From: Dehalococcoidia bacterium
Lineage (GTDB): Bacteria > Chloroflexota > Dehalococcoidia > Lucifugimonadales > Australimonadaceae
DNA: 64,000 nucleotides
Direction: 5' to 3'
Assembly (NCBI GenBank): GCA_034428575.1
Contig: DAOUHP010000079.1
Coordinates: 1,163 to 65,162, forward strand
Shown: positions 18,414 through 27,306 of the stretch, piece by piece
How positions within the stretch are numbered: position 1 is the stretch's first letter
Layout of the letters: every line of letters begins with the position of its first letter
The notes under the pieces: model-generated
Seen by the model: the letters and a program-made list of their open reading frames with translations, nothing else
Databases searched by the model: none
What the model was told of the DNA's origin: nothing
Program-made: the position numbers and the translations under genes

Positions 18414-19703
18414 ATGACTACGGAAACCAGGCCAGGGCTCCAGTACCTCGTCCAGCGTGACCGGGTGCATCGCCGCGTCTACGTGGACCCGCAGGTCTTC
18501 CAGGAGGAGATGCGCCGCATCTTCAAACGCACCTGGCTGTTCGTGGGGCATGCCAGCGAGGTGCCGCATTCAGGCGATTACAAGAGCGACACGCTCCTCG
18601 GACAACCCATTGTGATGACGCGCGACGGTAACGACACGGTCCACGTGCTGTTCAATCGCTGCCGCCATCGGGGAGCGAAGGTATGCAACCAGCCCTACGG
18701 TAACTCGAGCTCGTTCAGTTGCCTCTACCACGGATGGACATACACCAATGCCGGCGACCTGATTGCGGTGCCGTCCCGTGAACTGTGCCCCGCGGACTTC
18801 GACCCCGGCTCGTTCGGCCTTCTCCCGCTGCCCCGGGTGGCAAGCTACCGCGGGTTCGTATTCGCGAGTTTCGCCCCCGAGGGTCCGAGCCTCGAGGAGC
18901 ACCTGGGACGGGTAACGGTCTACCTCGATCGCCTCATAGACCGGGCACCCGATGGCGAGGTGGAGGTCGCGAGGCCGGTGATGTACGAGTACGCAGGCAA
19001 CTGGAAGTTCCAGTTGGAGAACTTCGTGGACAACATCCACGCCCGGTTCACCCACGAAAGCGCCACCCATGCCCGGAGGTTGCTCGGGCAATCCATGGGT
19101 CCCCGCTACGCCGACGCTCCCGTCATCGACCCGGAACGGGCCCGACAGGGTAATCTGCGACTGATCGGAAGGGGACACGTCGTCTGCGACTATGGCACCG
19201 AGCGCACCAAGATACCGTTCGGTGGGTACGGCTTCAGCGGCCGCAACGCCGAGTACGTCAGACTGCTCGAGGAGTGGCACGGGGCCGAGCGTGGCCGACT
19301 CCTTGCTGACTCTGACATCCACATCGTCATCTATCCGAACCTGCTCCTGCACACGCAGTACTCCCACTACCGGGTCCTGAAGCCCGTGGCCGTCGACCGG
19401 ACCGTCATGCAGGGCTACCCGATCAAGCTGAAGGGGGCGCCCCCGGAACTGAATGAGGAGTTGGTCTCGGCGGCATCCGACCACGTGTCCGCCGCCGGCG
19501 CGGTCCAGGTAGACGACATGGAGGCGTTCGGCCGCTGCCAGGAAGGTCTCGCGGTGGAATCCGACGAATGGGTGCTGTTCCCCTACGGCTTTGACGGGGA
19601 GCGCCACGTTGACGAGAACGGCGAGATAGTGCTGCCTCAGGCGAGCGAGCTCGTTCAGCTGGCGCAGCATGAAGCCTGGCGACAATTCATGGCTGATGAG
19701 TGA
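18414..19703 (+). CDS. Rieske ring-hydroxylating oxygenase, alpha subunit (copy 2, no adjacent beta)
   Basis: CRHRGAKVC...CLYHGWTY and ENFVDNIHARFTH. Close paralogue of copy 3 at 21954. Confidence 0.9.
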   Translation: MTTETRPGLQYLVQRDRVHRRVYVDPQVFQEEMRRIFKRTWLFVGHASEVPHSGDYKSDTLLGQPIVMTRDGNDTVHVLFNRCRHRGAKVCNQPYGNSSSFSCLYHGWTYTNAGDLIAVPSRELCPADFDPGSFGLLPLPRVASYRGFVFASFAPEGPSLEEHLGRVTVYLDRLIDRAPDGEVEVARPVMYEYAGNWKFQLENFVDNIHARFTHESATHARRLLGQSMGPRYADAPVIDPERARQGNLRLIGRGHVVCDYGTERTKIPFGGYGFSGRNAEYVRLLEEWHGAERGRLLADSDIHIVIYPNLLLHTQYSHYRVLKPVAVDRTVMQGYPIKLKGAPPELNEELVSAASDHVSAAGAVQVDDMEAFGRCQEGLAVESDEWVLFPYGFDGERHVDENGEIVLPQASELVQLAQHEAWRQFMADE

Positions 19704-19766
19704 TACCGTTGCGCACGTAACGGCAGCACCCTGGCAGGGTCCGAAAGGGTCCAGCGGGGCGAGGAG

Positions 19767-20840
19767 GTGACCGACTTGGCGCCATCTAATGGAATGTTCG
19801 ACGCAGATGGGCACATCTTCGAGAAAGAGGCCGAGATCTTCGACTTCCTCGACGCCCCGTTCGGCGACGTAGAGCGCCTCCGTGGGGCCCGCTTGTTCCC
19901 ATCCGGAGACGTGTGGAACAAGACCGTCCTGGACGTCATCGACGGTGTTCACCACGAGAAGGTGCGCGACGTCGGCGCAGAGCAGTGGACCGACTTCCTC
20001 GACGAGATGAACCTGGACGGGACAGTGCTCTACCCAAGCTCCGCCACGCGCATCGGCTTCGTCAAGGAGGTCCAGTTCGCTATCCCGCTGGCGAAGGCCT
20101 ACAACAGCTGGTTGCATGCCAGGTATCTGTCGCAATCACCCCGGCTGGGCGGCGTTGCCATCCTGCCGCTCCAAGACCCGGTCCTGGCCGAGGCAGAGTT
20201 GCGAAGAGCCGTTACCGAGCTTGGGTTCGTAGGGGCGCTCCTTCCCGGAGTCGGCCTGGACCGGCTTCACGGAGACCGCGTATACGATCCGGTCTTCGAG
20301 ACCGCCCAGGAGTTGGACGTGCCCCTTGTTGTTCATGGCGGCGCGACGATGATGCCAGGGTTGCAGGAGTTCGATAGCGCGGTGAAGACCCGAACCCTCA
20401 CCCACCCGTTCGCACAGCTCATCCAGCTTACGGACCTCATGTTCAACGGAGTTTTCGACCGCTTCCCCCGCCTTCGGATGGGCTTCATGGAAGCGGGCAT
20501 CGGATGGGCAATCATGCTGCTGGACCGCATGGAGCGGTCGATGGCGATGGGCTGGTCCGTGGAAGCCCCCGAGATGAAGAGGACTCCCTACGAGACTCTG
20601 ACGGGCGGGCAACTCTTCTTCCATTGCGAGATGGACGAGGAGATGCTTCCCTACGCGATATCCATCCTGGGGGACGAAAACCTGCTCTATGCATCCGACT
20701 TCCCGCATCAGCCCCCCAGGTACTGCATGGAGGACCTGCAGAAGCTCCAGGAACGCCCCGACTTGTCGGAGGAGACAAAGGCCCGGATCCTCGGCGAGAA
20801 TGCGCGCCGCTTCTATCACCTTGAGGGAGCAACATCGTGA
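19767..20840 (+). CDS. Amidohydrolase-2 family protein
   Basis: MFDADGHIFEKEAEIF, VVHGG and YASDFPHQ motifs. The start is uncertain (GTG at 19767 or ATG at 19794). Confidence 0.75.
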   Translation: MTDLAPSNGMFDADGHIFEKEAEIFDFLDAPFGDVERLRGARLFPSGDVWNKTVLDVIDGVHHEKVRDVGAEQWTDFLDEMNLDGTVLYPSSATRIGFVKEVQFAIPLAKAYNSWLHARYLSQSPRLGGVAILPLQDPVLAEAELRRAVTELGFVGALLPGVGLDRLHGDRVYDPVFETAQELDVPLVVHGGATMMPGLQEFDSAVKTRTLTHPFAQLIQLTDLMFNGVFDRFPRLRMGFMEAGIGWAIMLLDRMERSMAMGWSVEAPEMKRTPYETLTGGQLFFHCEMDEEMLPYAISILGDENLLYASDFPHQPPRYCMEDLQKLQERPDLSEETKARILGENARRFYHLEGATS

Positions 20841-21913
20841 GCGATTTCGCGAAGTTCGATGCCGACGGACACATCTTCGAGCGAGACACGGAGATCTTCG
20901 AGCACCTCGAGGCCCCGTTCTGCTATTACCCGGAGCTCGCGGCCTCGGGATTGTTCCCGCGTGGTGACAACTGGAACCGGCAGGCGCGGAACATCTTCGA
21001 CGGCAGAGCAAAGCGGGTCGCTCGCAGCGAGAGCGACGGCACCCGATTCGTAGAGCCCCAACGGTGGATCGAGTTCCTCGACGAAGGTGAGCTCGACGGC
21101 GCCGTCCTCTACCCCACAGCCGGCTTGGCCATGGGCAAGGTGAAGGAGCCGGAGTGGGCCGTGCCGCTCGCCAGGGCCTACAACAACTGGCTGAAGGCCC
21201 GGTTCCTCGACAGCTCTCCAAAGCTCAAAGGCGTGGCGGTGCTGCCCGTCCAGGAACCGGACGAGGCCGCCAAGGAGTTGCGGCGCGCCGTCGGGGAGCT
21301 TGGCCTTGTTGCCGCCGTCATTCCCGCGGTCGGCCTGAAGCGCTACCTCGGCGACCACATGTACGACCCCGTCTACGAGGCCGCACAGGAGTTGGACGTG
21401 CCCTTGGCTATACATGGCGGCGCGGCCGAGGGCATGGGCCTGGACGCGTTCGACAAGCCGCTCAAGGCGCGAACTCTGTCGCATCCCTTCGCCCAATTGA
21501 TCCAGTTGACGGACATGATGTACAGCGGACTGTTCGACCGCTTCCCCACACTCCGCATCTCCTTCATGGAAGCCGGCATCGGTTGGCTCGTGTTCCTGCT
21601 GGACCGCATGGGCAGGTCGACCGACCTGGGCTGGATGCCCGAGGCGCCGGAGCTCAAGCGTCCGCCTCGTGAACATCTGACCAGCGGCAGGATTTTCTTC
21701 CACTGCGAGATGGACGAGAAGGTGCTGCCCTACGCGGTGCGTGTGATGGGAGACGGTGCCCTGCTCTATGCTTCAGACTTCCCGCACCAACCGCCCGGCG
21801 ACTGCATAGCGGAGCAGCATGACTTCGTGGCGCGTGCAGACCTCACAGACGAGTCCAAGGCAAAGATACTGGGAGCCAACGCCCGCCGCCTCTATAACCT
21901 GGCTGCTGCATAA
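20837..21913 (+). CDS. Amidohydrolase-2 family protein
   Basis: FDADGHIFERDTEIF, AIHGG and YASDFPHQ motifs. The GTG start overlaps the previous stop codon (GTGA), and GGGAG lies 8 nt upstream. Confidence 0.75.
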   Translation: MSDFAKFDADGHIFERDTEIFEHLEAPFCYYPELAASGLFPRGDNWNRQARNIFDGRAKRVARSESDGTRFVEPQRWIEFLDEGELDGAVLYPTAGLAMGKVKEPEWAVPLARAYNNWLKARFLDSSPKLKGVAVLPVQEPDEAAKELRRAVGELGLVAAVIPAVGLKRYLGDHMYDPVYEAAQELDVPLAIHGGAAEGMGLDAFDKPLKARTLSHPFAQLIQLTDMMYSGLFDRFPTLRISFMEAGIGWLVFLLDRMGRSTDLGWMPEAPELKRPPREHLTSGRIFFHCEMDEKVLPYAVRVMGDGALLYASDFPHQPPGDCIAEQHDFVARADLTDESKAKILGANARRLYNLAAA

Positions 21914-21953
21914 GGGACCGCAACCGTTCGTAGATGGACAAGGAGTCGAGGCG

Positions 21954-23219
21954 ATGACTACAGACGTTCAGACCAGCATCCGGGACTTGGTGCAGGAAAA
22001 CCGTGTCCATCGCGCCATCTACACCGACCCTGCAATCTTCGAGCTGGAGATGAAACGCATCTTCAGCCGCACGTGGGTATTCATCGGCCATGAGAGCGAG
22101 GTCCCACACGCAGGGGATTACAAGACAGACACGGTTGCCGGACAGCCCATCGTGATGACCCGCGATGAGGAGGGAACCGTCCACGTGCTGTTCAACAGGT
22201 GCAGACACCGCGGGGCCAAAGTCTGCAACCTCCCCTACGGAAACTCCAGCACGTTCAGTTGCCTCTACCACGGTTGGACGTTCTCCAACAAGGGCGACCT
22301 CATAGCGGTACCGTCCCGTCAGCTCTGCCCCGCAGACTTCGACCCCGGCAACTATCCACTGGTCAGTTTGCCCCGCGTCGAGAGCTACCGTGGCTTCGTC
22401 TTTGGCAGCCTCAGCCCAGAGGGGATGTCGTTGGAAGAGCATCTGGGCCGGGCCACGCACTATCTTGACTGCCTCATCGACCGCTCCCCGGACGGTGAGA
22501 TCCAGGTGTGCAAGCCCGTGATGTACTCCTACCCCGCAAACTGGAAGCTGCAGATAGAGAACTACTCGGACAACATCCATGCAAGGTTCACGCATGAGGC
22601 GGCATTTGCGGCAAGGCGGCCCGTAGGCGCGGTGGAGCGCTACGGCGCCGGTCCACAGCAACGGAGCGACCTCCGAAGGGGGATCAACCGGGTCCTCGGC
22701 CACGGGGACTCCATGACCGACTACCGCGGCGACCGACCCCTGATGGCCTTTGCCGGACGCGACTCGGAATACGTCAACATCATGGCGGCGAAGCATGGGG
22801 CCCAACAGGCCCAGGAGATTGCCGACATGGACATCCACGTCATCATCTACCCGAACCTGCTCATGCACTCGGCTTACTGTCACTACCGCGTCATAAAGCC
22901 CATCGCGGTGGACAAGACATTCATCGTCGGCTATCCCTTCAAGCTGAAGGGCGCGCCCCCGGGGTTGAATGAAGCGTTCGTACAGGCGTCGTCGGAGCAC
23001 ATTTCGGCCTCCGGTGCGGTCCAGGTGGACGACATGGAGGCTTTCGCCCGCGTGCAGGAAGGCCTCGCGGTCGAACAGGACGAATGGGTCTCCTTCCTGT
23101 ATGGGCTGGAGGAACCTCAGGTCCCCAATGAGCACGGCGAGATAGAACTCGGGATGATGACAGAAGTCCCGGCCCTGCACCAGCACAAAGAGTGGCTTCG
23201 CCTGATGTCCCAGGACTGA
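21954..23219 (+). CDS. Rieske ring-hydroxylating oxygenase, alpha subunit (copy 3)
   Basis: CRHRGAKVC...CLYHGWTF and ENYSDNIHARFTH. AAGGAG lies 8 nt before the ATG at 21954. The track ORF start at 21819 overlaps the previous gene. Confidence 0.9.
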   Translation: MTTDVQTSIRDLVQENRVHRAIYTDPAIFELEMKRIFSRTWVFIGHESEVPHAGDYKTDTVAGQPIVMTRDEEGTVHVLFNRCRHRGAKVCNLPYGNSSTFSCLYHGWTFSNKGDLIAVPSRQLCPADFDPGNYPLVSLPRVESYRGFVFGSLSPEGMSLEEHLGRATHYLDCLIDRSPDGEIQVCKPVMYSYPANWKLQIENYSDNIHARFTHEAAFAARRPVGAVERYGAGPQQRSDLRRGINRVLGHGDSMTDYRGDRPLMAFAGRDSEYVNIMAAKHGAQQAQEIADMDIHVIIYPNLLMHSAYCHYRVIKPIAVDKTFIVGYPFKLKGAPPGLNEAFVQASSEHISASGAVQVDDMEAFARVQEGLAVEQDEWVSFLYGLEEPQVPNEHGEIELGMMTEVPALHQHKEWLRLMSQD

Positions 23220-23250
23220 GGAGACCTATCAGGCCACGGAGGACCGAACA

Positions 23251-23730
23251 GTGGCAGCCAGGGAGTCCCTGCAACACGAGGTCGAGCAGTTTCTCTACGA
23301 GGAGGCACGGCTGCTTGACAGGCGTCAGTTCAACGAGTGGTACGGCCTGTTCGCCGAGGACGGAAAGTACTTCGTACCCAGCATGAGCGCCGACAGCGAC
23401 CCTACAGCCGACGCCTACATAATCCACGAGAATCTGAAGGGGATACAGTACCGCGTCACCCGGCTGCAACATGGTTCGGCACATACGCAGATCCCGGCGG
23501 CCCGTACCGCGCATATGGTGACGAATGTTATCGTCGAGGAGCTTGGCAACGATGAGGTCCAGACGAGCGCCGGTTATGTGGTCTTCTGGTCACGCGGCCC
23601 AATCGAGGCCCGCTTCGCCGGTACCTGCGAACATCACCTGAGGCGCTCCAATGGAAGCTGGCAGATCGTAGAGAAAAAGGTGAACCTGCTCAACAACGAC
23701 CAGCCCACCGACCGGCTGCCGTTGCTCTGA
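23251..23730 (+). CDS. Rieske ring-hydroxylating oxygenase, beta subunit
   Basis: QHEVEQFLYEEARLLDRRQFNEWYGLF. GTG start with GGAGG 8 nt upstream. Confidence 0.85.
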   Translation: MAARESLQHEVEQFLYEEARLLDRRQFNEWYGLFAEDGKYFVPSMSADSDPTADAYIIHENLKGIQYRVTRLQHGSAHTQIPAARTAHMVTNVIVEELGNDEVQTSAGYVVFWSRGPIEARFAGTCEHHLRRSNGSWQIVEKKVNLLNNDQPTDRLPLL

Positions 23731-23752
23731 CAAGATGAGACAGGAGGGTCCC

Positions 23753-23947
23753 ATGGCCCAGGCAGTAGAGCTGTCGAGTGAGTTTGCAAGGGTGCTTGTG
23801 GAGCCTGACTACCAGGCAAATGGGCCGCGGCTCAAGGTACTCGACCTGGAGACCGGTCGAGAGCGGTATCTGGACCCCATGGAACTGGCGACGCTCACGC
23901 TGCTCTCGCACCGGGACCTGGACCCCTTCATCAGGAACTCACGCTAG
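23753..23947 (+). CDS. Small conserved hypothetical protein linked to Rieske alpha-beta pairs (64 aa)
   Basis: AGGAGG lies 5 nt before the ATG, and the gene starts 22 nt after the beta stop codon. Homologous by hand alignment to the 75-aa ORF at 50061-50288, which occupies the same position after another beta gene. Confidence 0.6.
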   Translation: MAQAVELSSEFARVLVEPDYQANGPRLKVLDLETGRERYLDPMELATLTLLSHRDLDPFIRNSR

Positions 23948-24015
23948 CTGTTACGGCGGAGATGGTTTCGAAGGAGCACGCACATGCGGACAACATGTGA
24001 CAAGGGACAGGTCCG

Positions 24016-25740
24016 ATGAGGATCGCAAAGGCTGGGCGATTCCCTAACCCCCTGCCGATCTCGTTTCGGCTGAACACCTTCATATTCACTGTAGTCCTCG
24101 TGCTGGTGGCTGTCGCCGTCCTCTACCCCATCCTCATCATGGTGGTCCAGAGTTTCCAGTCAAGCCTGCCCGGACAGCCCGTAGAGTGGAGCTTTGCAGG
24201 CTGGAACAAGGCGCTCACCGAGCCCGGGATGTTCGACTCGGTCGTGAACACCTTCAAGGTCAGCCTTGTCCGGCAAGGGCTGGCATTCCTGTTAGCCGTG
24301 CCTATCGCCTATGTCCTGGCACGAACGAACCTGCCCGGCAAGCACTGGCTCGAATTCCTCTTCTGGATCGCGCTTCTGATTCCCGGGTTGGTTGTCACGA
24401 TAGCCTGGATCCTGCTGCTGGACCCGGACTACGGCCTCATCAACGAGTGGGTACAGCGATTGCCATTCATCGATGGCCCCATCTTCGACATCTATTCGTA
24501 CTGGGGCATCATTCTCGTCTTCACGGCTTCCACGGGCGTCGCCTTCAAAGTCGTGTTGCTGACGCCTGCGTTTATGAACATGGACGCTGCCTTGGAGGAT
24601 GCGTCGCGAGTGAGTGGTGCAAGCAACCTCGGTACCGTCGCCCGCATCTTCGTGCCAGTGATGGGCCCTGCCATCCTCGTGTTGATCCTGATGGCGTTCA
24701 TCCACTCGCTTCAGACGTTTGAGATCGAATTGATCCTGGGATCGCCCTCGAGGTTCTTCGTGTTCGGCACGAAGATATTCGATCTCATACGTGACGACCC
24801 ACCACAGTACCCGGCCGCCACCGCGATCGGCACGATGATCATGATTTCCGTGCTGCCGCTCATCATCCTGTACCGGTGGTACAGCGGCAGACGGCGCTTT
24901 ACGACCGTGGGAGGACAGTACAGGTCCAACCTTGTCGAACTCCGTAAGTGGAAATGGCCGATCTTCGCGGGGATCCTTGCACTGGGCCTGCTCGCAACGG
25001 TAGCGCCCCTGATCCTCCTGGTCGTCGGCAGTTTCATGAACATCTTCGGGTTCTTCAACATCCGGGACACATGGACACTGACGAACTGGACGGACGTGCT
25101 CACTCGAGATGCCTTCATCACGTCGCTGAGGAACACGCTCATCGTCAGTGGCGGGGCTGCGCTCGTCGCCTCCCTCGGCTTTTCCATCATCGCCTACGTT
25201 ACTGTGCGGACCCGGTTCTTTGCTCGTGAGGCGCTGAACCTGATGACCTGGATGCCACTCGCTCTGCCGGGTATCATCCTGGGGCTGGGAGTTCTCGCGA
25301 TGGTGTTGGGCAACCCGCTCTTGCGCCCGATCTATGGGACCCACTACATCCTGATCGGTATCGCTGCAGTGAGCGGAATGACGCTGAGCGTACAGATGCT
25401 TCAGGCGGTGATGCGTCAGATCAGCTTCGAGTTGGAGGAAGCCTCGATAGTCACCGGAGCTTCATGGCTCCAGACGTACCGGTGGGTGGTGCTGCCCATC
25501 ATCACACCCAGCATGATTGCCGTGGGGCTGCTTGTATTCATCCTCACCAGCCGGAACGTCTCGTCGATCGCCCTTCTCGGCACGAGAAACACACGACCGC
25601 TGTCCCTTCTCCAGATGGACTACCTGCTGGACGGGAAACTGGCGGAAGGCGCCGTAATCGGGACGGTCATGGTTGTCATAACGGTCGGCGTCGCTTTAGT
25701 CGCTCGCGCATTCGGATTTCGCGTGGGCTTGAGGTCGTAG
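24016..25740 (+). CDS. ABC transporter permease, fused two-domain type
   Basis: 574 aa. Paralogous to 3942, 30963 and 45888. Confidence 0.85.
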   Translation: MRIAKAGRFPNPLPISFRLNTFIFTVVLVLVAVAVLYPILIMVVQSFQSSLPGQPVEWSFAGWNKALTEPGMFDSVVNTFKVSLVRQGLAFLLAVPIAYVLARTNLPGKHWLEFLFWIALLIPGLVVTIAWILLLDPDYGLINEWVQRLPFIDGPIFDIYSYWGIILVFTASTGVAFKVVLLTPAFMNMDAALEDASRVSGASNLGTVARIFVPVMGPAILVLILMAFIHSLQTFEIELILGSPSRFFVFGTKIFDLIRDDPPQYPAATAIGTMIMISVLPLIILYRWYSGRRRFTTVGGQYRSNLVELRKWKWPIFAGILALGLLATVAPLILLVVGSFMNIFGFFNIRDTWTLTNWTDVLTRDAFITSLRNTLIVSGGAALVASLGFSIIAYVTVRTRFFAREALNLMTWMPLALPGIILGLGVLAMVLGNPLLRPIYGTHYILIGIAAVSGMTLSVQMLQAVMRQISFELEEASIVTGASWLQTYRWVVLPIITPSMIAVGLLVFILTSRNVSSIALLGTRNTRPLSLLQMDYLLDGKLAEGAVIGTVMVVITVGVALVARAFGFRVGLRS

Positions 25741-25880
25741 TGAGATTGCCAGCGCTTCGCGCATGGGGAGCGGTGATATTGTCGCGAAGCAACGCTGAGT
25801 ACGATAAGGCAAGAACAGCGTTCTACGGCTGACAAAGGGGCGAGGGATGATGTCACGCCCGGTTGCATAAGGAGGAAACG

Positions 25881-26291
25881 ATGGGCAAGGTAAGAGAGGT
25901 TATCCGCCCCAAACCCGGAGGCGCCAGCCACGGCCCGGGAATGGTTCCTGGCATCAAGGCGGGAGGACTGCTCTTCTTCTCAGCGGTTCGCGGCAACGGC
26001 CCCCGGGGTGAAGGGCCGAGTCGCATGAGCGATGACCCCAAGGAACAGGCAGAGCAAGCATTCACCAACCTGCGCCTCCTCCTCGAAGGCGCCGGCGCCA
26101 CACTGGACCACGTCACCAAGGTAACGGTGTTCTTCCAGGACTTGAGGACCCGGCCAGCTTTCCACGAAGTGTGGATGAAGACGTTCCCCGAGGACCCACC
26201 GGCACGTTCAGCCATGCAGGTAGCAAATGCCAGTGCGTCGCCGGACGGCAACGCGCATTTCGTGATGGACGTCATCGCAGTCGCACCGTAA
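25881..26291 (+). CDS. RidA/YjgF/UK114 family protein
   Basis: About 136 aa. GGLLFFSAVRG, QAEQAFTNLRLLLEGAGATLDHVTKVTVF and PARSAMQV are in RidA-like order. AAGGAGG lies 5 nt before the ATG at 25881. Confidence 0.75.
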   Translation: MGKVREVIRPKPGGASHGPGMVPGIKAGGLLFFSAVRGNGPRGEGPSRMSDDPKEQAEQAFTNLRLLLEGAGATLDHVTKVTVFFQDLRTRPAFHEVWMKTFPEDPPARSAMQVANASASPDGNAHFVMDVIAVAP

Positions 26292-26349
26292 GGGAGCGGA
26301 CAACGAGATAGGCCGGCTACGATCAGGTAAGAGCGAGAGGAGAGTGGCA

Positions 26350-27291
26350 ATGGGCAAGATCGTTCTCGGCATGGCTTCGTCTCACGCCTACACATTCGAG
26401 GACCCAACGGACTGGGACGCGCGGCGCGTTCGAACGCAGACCAACTACAAGAACCGTTACGGCACAATGCCTGCAGACGTCCCGCAGGTCGCCCTGGAGG
26501 ACCCGGAGGAGAACCAGGTCCGATTCGGCAGCATTCGCAATGGGCTTGAACACCTTCGTGAGCACCTGAAAGCGCTCAAGCCGGACGTGCTGATCATGAT
26601 TGGCGATGACCAGGACGAGAACTTCCGCGAGGACAACCTCCCCCAGTTCGCCATCTATACAGGCGGCGAGTTCATCCTCTCGGACCGCGCGTCGAAACGT
26701 GAGGTGACGTACCAGTGCGACACCGAACTCGCACGTCAGATCCTCGAGGGATGCATCGATCGCGAATTCGACTTGGCGTCGTCCAACCACCTGCCGGGCG
26801 GCTCGCTCACCTCGCACGCCCACACGCAACCGCTCGTCTTCCTGGACATCGAGGAGGATATGGCGGTCATCCCGGTTTTCGTGAACGCCATCCACATCCC
26901 TGCCCCCTCTCCTTCGCGTTGCTATGCGCTCGGGCGGGCCATCGGTGAGGTCATTGCGTCGGTTGGAGACGACAAGCGCGTGGCGTTGTATGCTTCGGGC
27001 GGTCTATCTCACTTCTCAGCGGGCTATCCCTGGCCATACTACGACGGCCCGCACACGGTCGGCAGCATCGCAGTTGACTACGACCTCGGTCTCGTGGAGC
27101 TCATGAAGAAGGGCAGTAACCACCAGTTTGCACAGTTGACGCAGAAGGACCTCATCGACAACGGTGAGATTGAGTTGCGCCAGTGGATCGTCTTACTCGG
27201 CGCGCTGGGAGACCAAACGCCGCATCAATTCGCCTACGAGCCGTTCTTCAGAGGTGTGATGGGAATGGCTACGAGCTGCTGGGAGCCTTAG
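26350..27291 (+). CDS. LigB-family (class III) extradiol dioxygenase-like protein
   Basis: MASSHAY, PDVLIMIGDDQDENFREDNLPQFAIYTG, YASGGLSH and GEIELRQW. GAGAGGAGAG upstream of the ATG at 26350. Confidence 0.7.
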   Translation: MGKIVLGMASSHAYTFEDPTDWDARRVRTQTNYKNRYGTMPADVPQVALEDPEENQVRFGSIRNGLEHLREHLKALKPDVLIMIGDDQDENFREDNLPQFAIYTGGEFILSDRASKREVTYQCDTELARQILEGCIDREFDLASSNHLPGGSLTSHAHTQPLVFLDIEEDMAVIPVFVNAIHIPAPSPSRCYALGRAIGEVIASVGDDKRVALYASGGLSHFSAGYPWPYYDGPHTVGSIAVDYDLGLVELMKKGSNHQFAQLTQKDLIDNGEIELRQWIVLLGALGDQTPHQFAYEPFFRGVMGMATSCWEP

Positions 27292-27306
27292 GCGCCGGCT
27301 CCGCGC

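Noticed and set aside
13995-23186. Long minus-strand ORFs (13995-15065, 18570-20135, 20136-21221, 20816-21703, 21843-23186)
   Set aside because: Each is antisense to a motif-bearing plus-strand gene (amidohydrolases or Rieske alpha subunits). They lack ribosome-binding sites and have low-complexity Arg/Gly/Pro-rich sequences.
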